The position numbers and the translations under genes are program-made. From Gammaproteobacteria bacterium (GTDB lineage: Bacteria; Pseudomonadota; Gammaproteobacteria; Steroidobacterales; Woeseiaceae): a DNA stretch of 64,000 bases. Every line of letters begins with the position of its first letter. Positions within the stretch are counted from its first letter, which is position 1. Shown here in pieces: positions 1 through 9,001 of the stretch. The stretch is taken from positions 877-64,876 of the forward strand of contig JAOTZC010000006.1 in assembly GCA_029861535.1 (NCBI GenBank). The letters run 5' to 3'. Below the pieces are notes generated by a model. That model made no database searches. It had not been told where the DNA came from and saw nothing but the letters and a program-made list of their open reading frames with translations.

Positions 1-420
1 CTCGTAAACGGAACTGGAAAGACATATGCCCCCCGGCACGGCCAACTCTTCAAGCCCAAGGGCGGTATCAATACCGTCTCCGTAAAGATCGCCGTTATCA
101 GAAGTAACATGACCGACGTGCAATCCGATACGCAGGAAGACGCGCTTTTCAAGTGGCAGCCGTTTGTTCTCGCCCAGCATGGCTTGCTGAACCTCAACTG
201 CGCAATGAATAGCCTCGACGGCATTGGCAAATTCTGCGATCGAATGATTGCCCTCCGAGTAGAAGCAGTGCCCGTCATGCTCGTCGATCAGGCGTAGAAA
301 AATCTCTTCTTTGATCCTCGATGCTTCCTCGACCTGGGGTTCACTCGATGCCCGCGACCCGCTGTGATCGCTTGCGCCCAGCGCCAGAAACGTCCCTATT
401 CTGCGGCTTCTTTCAGACAA
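1..420 (-). CDS. class III adenylate/guanylate cyclase-homology domain protein, N-terminal part (gene runs off the left edge)
   Basis: Own translation of the minus strand; the ORF is truncated, so it is absent from the ORF track. TTG at 420-418 with an in-frame stop at 432-430. Product: LSERSRRIGTFLALGASDHSGS...AVEAIHCAVEVQQAM...RVFLRIGLHVGHV..GDLYGDGIDTALGLEELAVPGGICLSSSVYE. This matches the cyclase-homology fold of cyclase/TolB-like/TPR proteins. Confidence 0.55.
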   Translation of the reverse strand, partial: MSERSRRIGTFLALGASDHSGSRASSEPQVEEASRIKEEIFLRLIDEHDGHCFYSEGNHSIAEFANAVEAIHCAVEVQQAMLGENKRLPLEKRVFLRIGLHVGHVTSDNGDLYGDGIDTALGLEELAVPGGICLSSSVYE

Positions 421-524
421 ACTAGACCTCTACAGTAAATATCGAAATTTCGACTAGGCGCAGTATAACGTAGTGGTGGTGACCGCTTTGTCTTGGCTTT
501 CAGCGCACTATGACAGTACGAGGA

Positions 525-815
525 TTAGCTTTGTCCAGCGTAGGACACGCGAAAGAACATTGAACAAAGCACCGGCACAACTAACAACGTCAGCCCTGTG
601 GCAAACATCAGGCCGAAGATGATCGTGATCGCCATCGGCTTAAACATCGCCGTGCCACCCAAATGTAATGGCGTCACGCCGAAAATCGTGAAAAACTCGA
701 ACGATGAATTTGTGATCTGAAGACCAAATGTGACACCGACAAGCCCGAGAGGAATTGTTGAAAGAACAATCGTTGGCTTGCACAACGAATTGGATTGTAC
801 GACAAGCATTAACAA
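525..815 (-). pseudogene. remnant of an RND (AcrB-family) transporter C-terminus (TM10-12 region with an internal deletion)
   Basis: The 96-aa ORF reads ...IVLSTIPLGLVGVTFG...MFKPMAITIIFGLMFATGLTLLVVPVLCSMFF. It aligns to the last TM helices of the intact RND pump immediately upstream (SVIPFGLIGAVIG...MIPMAISLSYGIIFATAITLFLIPSLY) but lacks about 60 aa in between and the whole N-terminal ~900 aa. Confidence 0.6.
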
Positions 816-844
816 GATGAGGATGACGGCTTTTCCCTGACGAA

Positions 845-3800
845 TCAGATTCTCTTGGTTCCCGGTGCGACGTTTTCTTTTACTGGCCGATCTAAAACCC
901 AGTCCACGATCTTACGCGTCCGCGCGAAGCCATCGGTTTGCAACATATAAAGCGATGGAATAAGGAAAAGCGTTATCGCGGTTGCAAAAATGATGCCGTA
1001 GCTCAGCGAGATGGCCATCGGAATCATATACTGGGCCTGGACACTGGTCTCCAACATAATCGGCATCAGACCCGCGGCTGTTGTGAACGACGTCAGAATT
1101 ATTGCGCGAAAGCGCTGCGTTCCCGAATCGATAATAGCTTGTTTCAGCGGTACGCCTTTCTCGCGAGCTTTATTAACAAAATCGACCATAATCAAGCTGT
1201 CGTTAACGACGACGCCGGCCAAAGCGACCAATCCAAACAATGAAAACATGCTGATGGCTTTGCCCATGACGACGTGCCCTATTACGGCACCGATCAACCC
1301 AAATGGAATTACCGACATGATCACCAGCGGTTGGCTGTAGGAGTGCAGCGGAATCGCGATTAACGCATAGATCAGAAATAGCGCCGCAATGGATGCAACG
1401 GTCAGATTGCCAATAAACTCCTGCTCCTCCTGACTTGCGCCCTCCAGGCCAAATCGAACGCCAGCATGCCGCGACAGCAGTCCGGGAACGAAGTCCTCCG
1501 AGATTTCTCGGACCACCTCTCCGGGCTCGACGATGTCGGGATCGATATCAGCCGACACCGTCACCGTGCGCGCGCGATCGAGCCGCCTAATACTGGAATA
1601 ACTCGTGCCGAATGAAATATCGGCGACCGATTCGAACGGTACTTCGTCACCAGCCGGTGTGCGGATCCGCATGTTTTCGAGATCTGCAATCGAACGCCGA
1701 TCTTTTTCTGGATAACGAACCATCACCTTCAGCTCGTCTTTACCACGTTGAATTCGTTGTGCTTCCTCGCCGTAAAACGCTTGTCGGACTTGGCGACCGA
1801 GCGATGTTTGCGTCAGACCTAATGCCTCAGCCTCCGGCTTGATCGACAATTTGATTTCTTGACCGCCAGTATTGGACGAATTAACGACCTCAAAAACGCC
1901 CTCATACTCCGTAAGCTTCTGCTCCAGTTCTGCCGCAGCTTGTTCGAGTGCTACGAAATTCTCGCCACTTAGCCGAAAACTCAATGGCGGCCCACCACCG
2001 AAATTGTCGCCATCGGAAAGCGTCAGCTCTCGAACACCCGGAATCTCGCCGATGCGTTCTCGCCAAAGCTCAGTTACATCATCGACTTGTAATGGCCGGT
2101 CATCGACCATCGGCAATTCGGTCCACGCAATCGCACGCGTATTGCTAGTCGTAAATGAACCAATGTGGCTAATCATCGGCGGCAAATCCGGATTTTCCTC
2201 GACATACTCCTTATTGAGTTCAAGTATGGCTTGCTCAATTCTGTCAAGTGCGGCATTGCGATATTTCGGCGCAGTGCCGTTTTCCATTTCCAGTTCCATC
2301 CGGATGAAATCGCCTGGCACCTCCGGAAACAGCACGATCCGAACAAATCCGCTCGAAATCAAACCGAACGTGAGAATCAATACGCCAGCGAATATAGATA
2401 CGGTCAGGCCACGGTGATCGATTACCTTCTCGAGTGCGGGACGATAATAGTCGTGGATCAACCGATGCAAACCGTGCTGCGTATAGCGCTGAATCTTCTG
2501 CAAGAAACGGGGAAATCTTGCAAGCAGCGAAATGTGACGCTGCGGATTAAACAGATCGTCCTCATCGATGGGCTGAATGTTGGCGTGAACCAGGTGTGCT
2601 GGAAGAATCAACTTGGATTCGACGAGTGAGAATATGAGGCACAGCACGACAACCATAGACAACGCCTCAAAGAACGGTCCAACGATGCCGCCAACAAATA
2701 ACATCGGCGCGAACGCTGCTATCGTCGTCAAGACACCAAACGTCGCTGGCACAGCTACCTTTTTGGCACCCTTCACGACATTGTCTATTGTGTGTCCGTC
2801 CTTACGGATCTTTGTGTAGACACTCTCGCCAATGATGATTGCATCATCGACGACGATACCTAGCACAATGATAAAGCCGAACAGACTGATCATGTTTACC
2901 GTCACCGGCCACGGTGCGTGCGGCATCAGAAACAGCGCGCCAAGAAAGGTGATCGGTATGCCTATGATGACCCAGCCGGCAACCTTCATGCGCAAGAACA
3001 ACGACAGCAGCAGGAACACAAGCAGCGCCCCCTGCCACATATTCTTGGTCATCGTCTTGAGCCGCCCCTCGAGATAGTGAGATCGGTCTACCCACAGATC
3101 CATCTCTACACCGGATGGCAAGCTCTCGCGTTTCTCTTCGACATAGCTCTTTACTGCAGCGGCCGTCTTGAGTTCGTTTTGCTGTCCGCTCGCGAGCACA
3201 TTTAATGTCATAGTGGGCTTGCCGTCGAAACGTCCGAAGCCCTCAGACTCTTCAAACCCGTCATCAATCGTTGCGATATCGCCCAGTGTCAGCCGCGTGC
3301 CATCAGGAAACGTGCGCAGGACGAGGTCGGCGTATTCGAGGCCGGTGTATACCTGGCCCTCCGTTCGCAGAAGAATATCGCCACCGTCAGTTTTAATCGT
3401 GCCGCCAGGCAAATCGACAGACGATGCCCGGATCGCCTCGGAGATCTCTGACATCGTGAGACCGTACTGGCGCAGGACATGTTCGGACACTTCGACGCTT
3501 ATCTCAAAGGCGCGGTCACCATAGAAGTCGACCTTACTGATCTCCGGCATCGCCAGGAGTTCGTTGCGAACGTCCTGAGCGATTAATTTGCGGGAGAAAT
3601 CGTCAATGTCGCCATGAATAGCGATGAAAATAACTGGCGTGTCCGGCTCGACTTTGTATATGACAGGTTTTTCGGTCAGCGCAGGGAAGGTTGAAATCGC
3701 GTCGACGCGTGTTTTTACTTCGGTAAGTACTTCATTGATATCCTCGTCTCGGGACACTTCGATCGTGACGCTGCCAAGCCCTTCCCTGGCGCGCGAGTCG

Positions 3801-4066
3801 ATTTCAACGATGCCTCCGATATCCTGAACGGCCTCTTCCACTTTGATTACGACACCTTCCTCCACCTCTTGTGGAGCGGCGCCAAGATACGGTACCTGTA
3901 CCTGTATCCAATTAAGTTCGAAGTCTGGCGTCGTCTGCTTACGAATCGTAAAGGCGGAGATAAGTCCGGCGACGATGATGAACCACATTAGAAGATTTGC
4001 AGCAACATGGTTGCCTGCGAACCAAGCGATCAGCCCCTTCTCGTTACTTGTGAGTCGCGCTTTCAT
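845..4066 (-). CDS. RND efflux transporter permease (AcrB/HAE-type)
   Basis: 1073-aa ORF with 12-TM/two-large-loop RND architecture. Conserved TM4/TM10 stretches are present (IVLGIVVDDAIIIGE, AGVVVNDSLIMVDF). The ATG lies 3 nt after the stop of the adaptor gene. Confidence 0.95.
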   Translation of the reverse strand: MKARLTSNEKGLIAWFAGNHVAANLLMWFIIVAGLISAFTIRKQTTPDFELNWIQVQVPYLGAAPQEVEEGVVIKVEEAVQDIGGIVEIDSRAREGLGSVTIEVSRDEDINEVLTEVKTRVDAISTFPALTEKPVIYKVEPDTPVIFIAIHGDIDDFSRKLIAQDVRNELLAMPEISKVDFYGDRAFEISVEVSEHVLRQYGLTMSEISEAIRASSVDLPGGTIKTDGGDILLRTEGQVYTGLEYADLVLRTFPDGTRLTLGDIATIDDGFEESEGFGRFDGKPTMTLNVLASGQQNELKTAAAVKSYVEEKRESLPSGVEMDLWVDRSHYLEGRLKTMTKNMWQGALLVFLLLSLFLRMKVAGWVIIGIPITFLGALFLMPHAPWPVTVNMISLFGFIIVLGIVVDDAIIIGESVYTKIRKDGHTIDNVVKGAKKVAVPATFGVLTTIAAFAPMLFVGGIVGPFFEALSMVVVLCLIFSLVESKLILPAHLVHANIQPIDEDDLFNPQRHISLLARFPRFLQKIQRYTQHGLHRLIHDYYRPALEKVIDHRGLTVSIFAGVLILTFGLISSGFVRIVLFPEVPGDFIRMELEMENGTAPKYRNAALDRIEQAILELNKEYVEENPDLPPMISHIGSFTTSNTRAIAWTELPMVDDRPLQVDDVTELWRERIGEIPGVRELTLSDGDNFGGGPPLSFRLSGENFVALEQAAAELEQKLTEYEGVFEVVNSSNTGGQEIKLSIKPEAEALGLTQTSLGRQVRQAFYGEEAQRIQRGKDELKVMVRYPEKDRRSIADLENMRIRTPAGDEVPFESVADISFGTSYSSIRRLDRARTVTVSADIDPDIVEPGEVVREISEDFVPGLLSRHAGVRFGLEGASQEEQEFIGNLTVASIAALFLIYALIAIPLHSYSQPLVIMSVIPFGLIGAVIGHVVMGKAISMFSLFGLVALAGVVVNDSLIMVDFVNKAREKGVPLKQAIIDSGTQRFRAIILTSFTTAAGLMPIMLETSVQAQYMIPMAISLSYGIIFATAITLFLIPSLYMLQTDGFARTRKIVDWVLDRPVKENVAPGTKRI

Positions 4067-4068
4067 GT

Positions 4069-5244
4069 CTAGTCCCCCTCATCGCGCAACACGACTTGCT
4101 CATCGCTGCTAGCTACCTCTGCCGCCACCGAGTCCGCCGTCCGGACAGACATACCATTCGTAGGCGCTTCGATCGACGTCGTCGTAATTTGCTCGCCCGC
4201 AACGATGCCGCCGCTAAGGTAGGCGTACTGGGAATCAGTTCTAACAACGTTAACGGTTCGAATCTCTAGCTTGTTTTCGGGATCGACAACCAAGACTTGG
4301 TCAGCACCCCGCATCGCCACACGCGGTACACGAATAACATCCAATAACGTGGAGCCTGCGATGTCGGCAGAGACAAACGTACCGATTGGCAATGGCGCGC
4401 CGTCGCCGTGGAGTTGATAGGGATCCTCTACTCGCGCGACCGCGTATGTCACACGACTTCTTTCGTCGACCACGCCCTCGGAACGAACAATTTGCGCGTC
4501 CCATTCGACCTGCATGCCCTTTTGTATTGCTGACAACGTGACTGTTGGCCCTTCAGAAACGCCAGATTGGGCAATATCGGCCGCTGCGGGCATATCAACG
4601 AATGCCAAGTCCTGATCGGTCAGCGGCAACCTGACCTCAGCTTGGTCCGTCGCGAACGTCACGCCGAGAGTTGTGCCGGGATTGACGAACTGACCAATAT
4701 CTGCGTCTTTGCTTAAGACCATGCCTTCATAAGGCAGGCGTATATACGTCCGTTCAAGGTCGCGTCTCGCCCTGACTGATTCAGCCTGCGCCGACGCCAA
4801 GGCCGCGGCAGACGACGCATATTCAGACTCAGCTCGATAACCCTGACTGCGTAACTGCTTGGCACCGTCGTATTCGATTTTTCGCTGTTTGACGAGCGCC
4901 TCGGCTCTATCGACCGCGACCGTATAGTTGGTCGGGTCGATTCGCATCAGCTCTTCACCTTTCTCGAAAACACCGCCAGCAATAAATTTGGGCGAAATGC
5001 TCACAATGGAACCGGAGACCTCGGCGCTGACGACCGTCTGCGTTCTTGGGCGAACGGTGCCCTGACTGCTAATTTGAAACCGTTCGGTGGCAATCTCGAG
5101 CGGCAACACCTCGACCAGCAAATCGAGCTTGTCGTCCTCCTTTTTTGGTGGTTCGGGCTTTAACTGCGCGAGTCCTACGGCAATCGCGATAGCGCCGACA
5201 ACGATGCCAGGAATGAGCACAAATTTTCGGTAAACGGGCTTCAC
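4069..5244 (-). CDS. RND efflux periplasmic adaptor (membrane fusion protein, HlyD/AcrA family)
   Basis: 391 aa with an N-terminal membrane anchor, a coiled-coil hairpin region (AEALVKQRKIEYDGAKQLRSQGY...AQAESVRARRDLERTYI) and beta-barrel segments. It abuts the RND gene in operon order. Confidence 0.9.
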   Translation of the reverse strand: MKPVYRKFVLIPGIVVGAIAIAVGLAQLKPEPPKKEDDKLDLLVEVLPLEIATERFQISSQGTVRPRTQTVVSAEVSGSIVSISPKFIAGGVFEKGEELMRIDPTNYTVAVDRAEALVKQRKIEYDGAKQLRSQGYRAESEYASSAAALASAQAESVRARRDLERTYIRLPYEGMVLSKDADIGQFVNPGTTLGVTFATDQAEVRLPLTDQDLAFVDMPAAADIAQSGVSEGPTVTLSAIQKGMQVEWDAQIVRSEGVVDERSRVTYAVARVEDPYQLHGDGAPLPIGTFVSADIAGSTLLDVIRVPRVAMRGADQVLVVDPENKLEIRTVNVVRTDSQYAYLSGGIVAGEQITTTSIEAPTNGMSVRTADSVAAEVASSDEQVVLRDEGD

Positions 5245-5417
5245 TCGAGAGTCCAGATTTCTAATCTACAGAAGATGCGTATTTTGAGGCCTTTCCGAGG
5301 AAAAAACACGCCTTTGTTCGCCATGGCTTTATCAGGAAAGAGGTTCCCCCATCGGAGCGGCACTGAGATTTGATATTAACGCGCCTAGATAGTTCGAATT
5401 TCCTGTCGCTCTTCTGC

Positions 5418-7016
5418 TTAGGCAACCTGAGATACGCGTGCCTCTTTCTTCTCGAGGCGAGCCAAAATATTCACGAAACGCGAATCCTCTCGCAGGCTCG
5501 CCAAGTCGCTGTCATTGCGCATCCACGGTGCGTTGATTACACCATGATCCATCGCCCGCTCAAGATAGTCGAGCGCCGCATCCGCCTCGCCCATTGTGGC
5601 CAGGCTACAGGCCACGTTGTACAGCAAGACAGAATCGTCTGGATCAATCTCGAGCGCACGATGCAACCAACGTTTCGCCCGATCGACATCGCCCATTGCG
5701 ACCAGTGATCCTGCGCCGCAATGATATGCGCACGCATCGTCCGGATTCCACTCAAGCCTTCTCTCAATGACCGCGATCGCCTCCTTCGCCTCTTTGCTGG
5801 CCTCCTCGATCCGACCCAAGCCGCGCAGAATTTGTATGCGCAGGCAGAGCGATTTGTAATCTTCGGGATCCACGTCCGCGGCTTGCCGAAACAGGTCTGC
5901 CGCCATCGGCAGGTCGCCCTGGTGAAATCGCGTGCGGCCATAGTAGTAGAACGCTTCGAAGAGTCTCGGATTCAGCTCAAGCGCTTTTTTGAATTCCGCC
6001 TCGGCTGATTCGTAGTCCGCGCTGACAAGTGACGAAAGCCCGGACGATGCATGCGCCTCGGCAAGATTCGGATTCAGCTCCAGTGCGCGCTTGCTGGCCT
6101 GCGCAGCCTTCTCGCGATAACTCGGCTTCGGATCCTCATACATGATCAGCAGCGAGTGGCAATCGGCATAGCCGGCCCAAGCGAGCGCGAATTCGTCATC
6201 TAAATTGATCGCTTGACTGAACATTTGCCGCGCGCTTTCGATGTCCGTCTTGCGAAATTGCCTAAGAAAGTACCGGCCGCGCAAGTAGTAGTCGTATGCA
6301 GTTACATCCTTGCTCCAGGCCGCCCTGACGGGTCGCTTCGCCGTAATTGTTTTCAACAGCGCAGCGACAATACTTGTCGCGATCTCGTCCTGAATCGCGA
6401 AGACATCTTTCAATTCCTCAGCAAAGCTCTTCGACCATAGGTGGTAGCCGTCGGATGTTTTTACGAGTTGCGCGGTTACGCGAAGGTGATTATTTGCCCT
6501 CCTTACGCTACCTTCCAGTATCGCTTTGACGCCGAGGGCCTTGCCAATTTCTTGCACGTCACCGGCACTTCCACGGAATTGAAACGACGACGATCGTGCT
6601 GCCACACGAAGATCGGGAATTCTGGTTAGCGCGTTGAGAATCTCCTCGGCGATCCCATCGCAGAAGTAACCCTGGTCTTTGTTGGGACTCAAGTCTACGA
6701 ACGGCAGTACAGCGATCGAGGGCATGTCGTCGGCAGCAATATTTTGGAATAATGGTTTGCGGTCGCGGCGGATACCGGTTGATGTGATATCAAATGTCCA
6801 AGCAAGAATTAAAACTACCGGAAAGCCAACGATTACCGTAACGATCAGCATCGTCATCGACCAGCCCGGCAGACCAAGAGGCTCAAATGTGACTTCGCCG
6901 ATTTGCAGTACTATCCAGCCGATGACTGCGTAAGCACCAATCACCGCATAGACTCTACGACGTTTCAATTCTGCCGATAACTCGAACCACGAAAATCGTC
7001 GGCGCCTAGTCATCAT
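5418..7016 (-). CDS. membrane-anchored TolB-N-like / TPR repeat protein
   Basis: 532 aa with N-terminal TM helices. The module IAVLPFVDLSPNKDQGYFCDGIAEEILNALTRIPDLRVAARSS is typical of cyclase-TPR family proteins. It is followed by multiple TPR repeats (AxxxxxxAxxLxP pattern). Confidence 0.8.
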   Translation of the reverse strand: MMTRRRRFSWFELSAELKRRRVYAVIGAYAVIGWIVLQIGEVTFEPLGLPGWSMTMLIVTVIVGFPVVLILAWTFDITSTGIRRDRKPLFQNIAADDMPSIAVLPFVDLSPNKDQGYFCDGIAEEILNALTRIPDLRVAARSSSFQFRGSAGDVQEIGKALGVKAILEGSVRRANNHLRVTAQLVKTSDGYHLWSKSFAEELKDVFAIQDEIATSIVAALLKTITAKRPVRAAWSKDVTAYDYYLRGRYFLRQFRKTDIESARQMFSQAINLDDEFALAWAGYADCHSLLIMYEDPKPSYREKAAQASKRALELNPNLAEAHASSGLSSLVSADYESAEAEFKKALELNPRLFEAFYYYGRTRFHQGDLPMAADLFRQAADVDPEDYKSLCLRIQILRGLGRIEEASKEAKEAIAVIERRLEWNPDDACAYHCGAGSLVAMGDVDRAKRWLHRALEIDPDDSVLLYNVACSLATMGEADAALDYLERAMDHGVINAPWMRNDSDLASLREDSRFVNILARLEKKEARVSQVA

Positions 7017-7169
7017 GGCTACGCAATGTCCTCCTTATCTATTGTATCGCAAGCATTTACATGGCTGGCGCCAAGGCCCCTATTCGAAACCATCGGATTG
7101 TACGTATGCGGATTTTTCAATGCGGTATTCTTTGTGCTGACATTCAAGGTTTCCAGGTAGTAGAAAACG

Positions 7170-8921
7170 ATGATTCGACCGCCACTGTTTGCGGCGTTGG
7201 TGCTAGTTAACATAATGCTTGCTTGCGCCGAGAAACCGGGCCAGCAGGCTGTGACGGACACCGCCAACCTGTTGTTGCTCAATGCCCGCGTTTATACGAT
7301 GAATTGGCAAGACGCGGCGCCGGACGGCAGCCTGACGCCTGGCGCGCCGCACGACGACAGCGGCTGGCACCCCGACGCCGAGGCAATTGTCGTCGACGGC
7401 AATACCATCGCCTTTGTTGGCAGTAGCGAAGATGCGCTGAACTACAAGAATGAGCAAAGCCGGGTCGTGGATCTGGCCGGCGCTACCGTCATCCCTGGAC
7501 TGGTGGACTCCCACACTCACGTGTTCGAGCTTGGCAAGCGAATTGATAGTGTCAGCCTGGTCGATGCGAAGACCGAAGCGGACGCGGTCGCACTGATCGT
7601 CGAGCGTGCAAAAACTATCCCGGACGGTGAGTGGATTATCGGTCTCGGCTGGGACGAAGGTGCATGGGCGGACGATTACCCGGACAAACTCTTGCTCAGC
7701 GAGGCCGTGCCAAATCATCCGGTGTTGATGCACGGACTGCATGGCTTCGCGGATTGGTGTAATCAGACGGCGCTCGACGTCACAGGCACTACGGCCGACA
7801 CGCCAGTACCCGTCGGCGGCGAATTGCGGTTGGGCGAGGACGGCCAACCCAGTGGACTATTTATCAATCGTGCAGTTGAAATCGTAAGGAACGCGATGCC
7901 GGAGCTCTCCGATGAGGAAATGCGTCGACAACTACAGCTGGGCCTCAAACGTATGGCGGAAGATGGTTATGTCGCTGTACACGACGCTGGGCTAGCAAGC
8001 CGAGAGATGGAAATCTTGCAACAACTCGAAGACGAAGGCGCGCTCCCCCTTCGAGTGTACGCAATGCTATCGCTGCGCGATGAAGACCTGATGCGCCATT
8101 GGATTGCGCGAGGGCCCGATGACGACGCCGACAGCATGCTCGTGACCCGCACGGTCAAGGCTTATTACGACGGCGCGCTGGGGTCACGCGGCGCACGGCT
8201 GTTGTACGACTACAGTGACATGCCCGGACACCGCGGCATTAGCGGTGACAGTTACGGATTCAACGAAACGCTAATGGCCGAGGCGATGCGCGCCGGCTTT
8301 CAGATTGCCATCCATGCCATTGGCGATGCCGGCAATCGAGAAGCATTGGATATTCTCGAGCGCATTATCGACGGGTCGCCGGCCACCGGAACTCTTCGCC
8401 ATCGAATCGAGCACGCCCAGGTGCTGCATCCGGACGATCTGCCACGCATCGGCGCCCTGGGATTCATCGCATCGATGGAACCGCCGCACGCGATGGAAGA
8501 CAAAGCTTGGGCCGAAAAACGCTTGGGACCGGAGCGCATTCTCGGTGCTTATGCCTGGCGCTCACTGCGTGAAACGAACGCCGCGTTAACGTTTAACTCC
8601 GATAATCCAGGCTCCGATCACAACATCTTCTACGGCCTTCATTCGGCGATCGCCCGGAAAGATAAGAATCAGCAGCCCGAAGGCGGCTGGTATGTTCATG
8701 AGGCTGTCAATGCCGAAGAAGCCATTCGTGCCTATACGCACTGGTCCGCCTACGCGAGCTTTCGCGAAGACGAGACGGGAATCATCGAATCAGGCCGCTG
8801 GGCAGATCTAACTGTGATGGACGTCGATCCATTCGTGCTGGCGGATGACAGCCCGGGTGACCTGCTGAGCGGGCGCATACTGATGACCATTGTCAACGGC
8901 GACATTGTCTACGAGCGCTGA
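7170..8921 (+). CDS. amidohydrolase family protein (Amidohydro_3 / YtcJ-like metal-dependent hydrolase), lipoprotein
   Basis: 583 aa. Signal/lipobox MLAC, HxH metal site (LVDSHTHV), and IAIHAIGD, RIEHAQ and FNSDNPGSD motifs. Confidence 0.85.
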   Translation: MIRPPLFAALVLVNIMLACAEKPGQQAVTDTANLLLLNARVYTMNWQDAAPDGSLTPGAPHDDSGWHPDAEAIVVDGNTIAFVGSSEDALNYKNEQSRVVDLAGATVIPGLVDSHTHVFELGKRIDSVSLVDAKTEADAVALIVERAKTIPDGEWIIGLGWDEGAWADDYPDKLLLSEAVPNHPVLMHGLHGFADWCNQTALDVTGTTADTPVPVGGELRLGEDGQPSGLFINRAVEIVRNAMPELSDEEMRRQLQLGLKRMAEDGYVAVHDAGLASREMEILQQLEDEGALPLRVYAMLSLRDEDLMRHWIARGPDDDADSMLVTRTVKAYYDGALGSRGARLLYDYSDMPGHRGISGDSYGFNETLMAEAMRAGFQIAIHAIGDAGNREALDILERIIDGSPATGTLRHRIEHAQVLHPDDLPRIGALGFIASMEPPHAMEDKAWAEKRLGPERILGAYAWRSLRETNAALTFNSDNPGSDHNIFYGLHSAIARKDKNQQPEGGWYVHEAVNAEEAIRAYTHWSAYASFREDETGIIESGRWADLTVMDVDPFVLADDSPGDLLSGRILMTIVNGDIVYER

Positions 8922-9001
8922 GAGGACGCGACCACCCAGACCGATGGTGTAGTGGCAAATACCCATGTGCTTCGGCCGCGATTTCGACGACCATCGAATC
9001 C

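Noticed and set aside
5385-5400. GTTCGAAT string as a tRNA T-loop; more generally, a scan for tRNA, rRNA and CRISPR features.
   Set aside because: There is no flanking T-stem complementarity or acceptor stem. No regularly spaced direct repeats and no rRNA-like conserved blocks were seen anywhere in the window.
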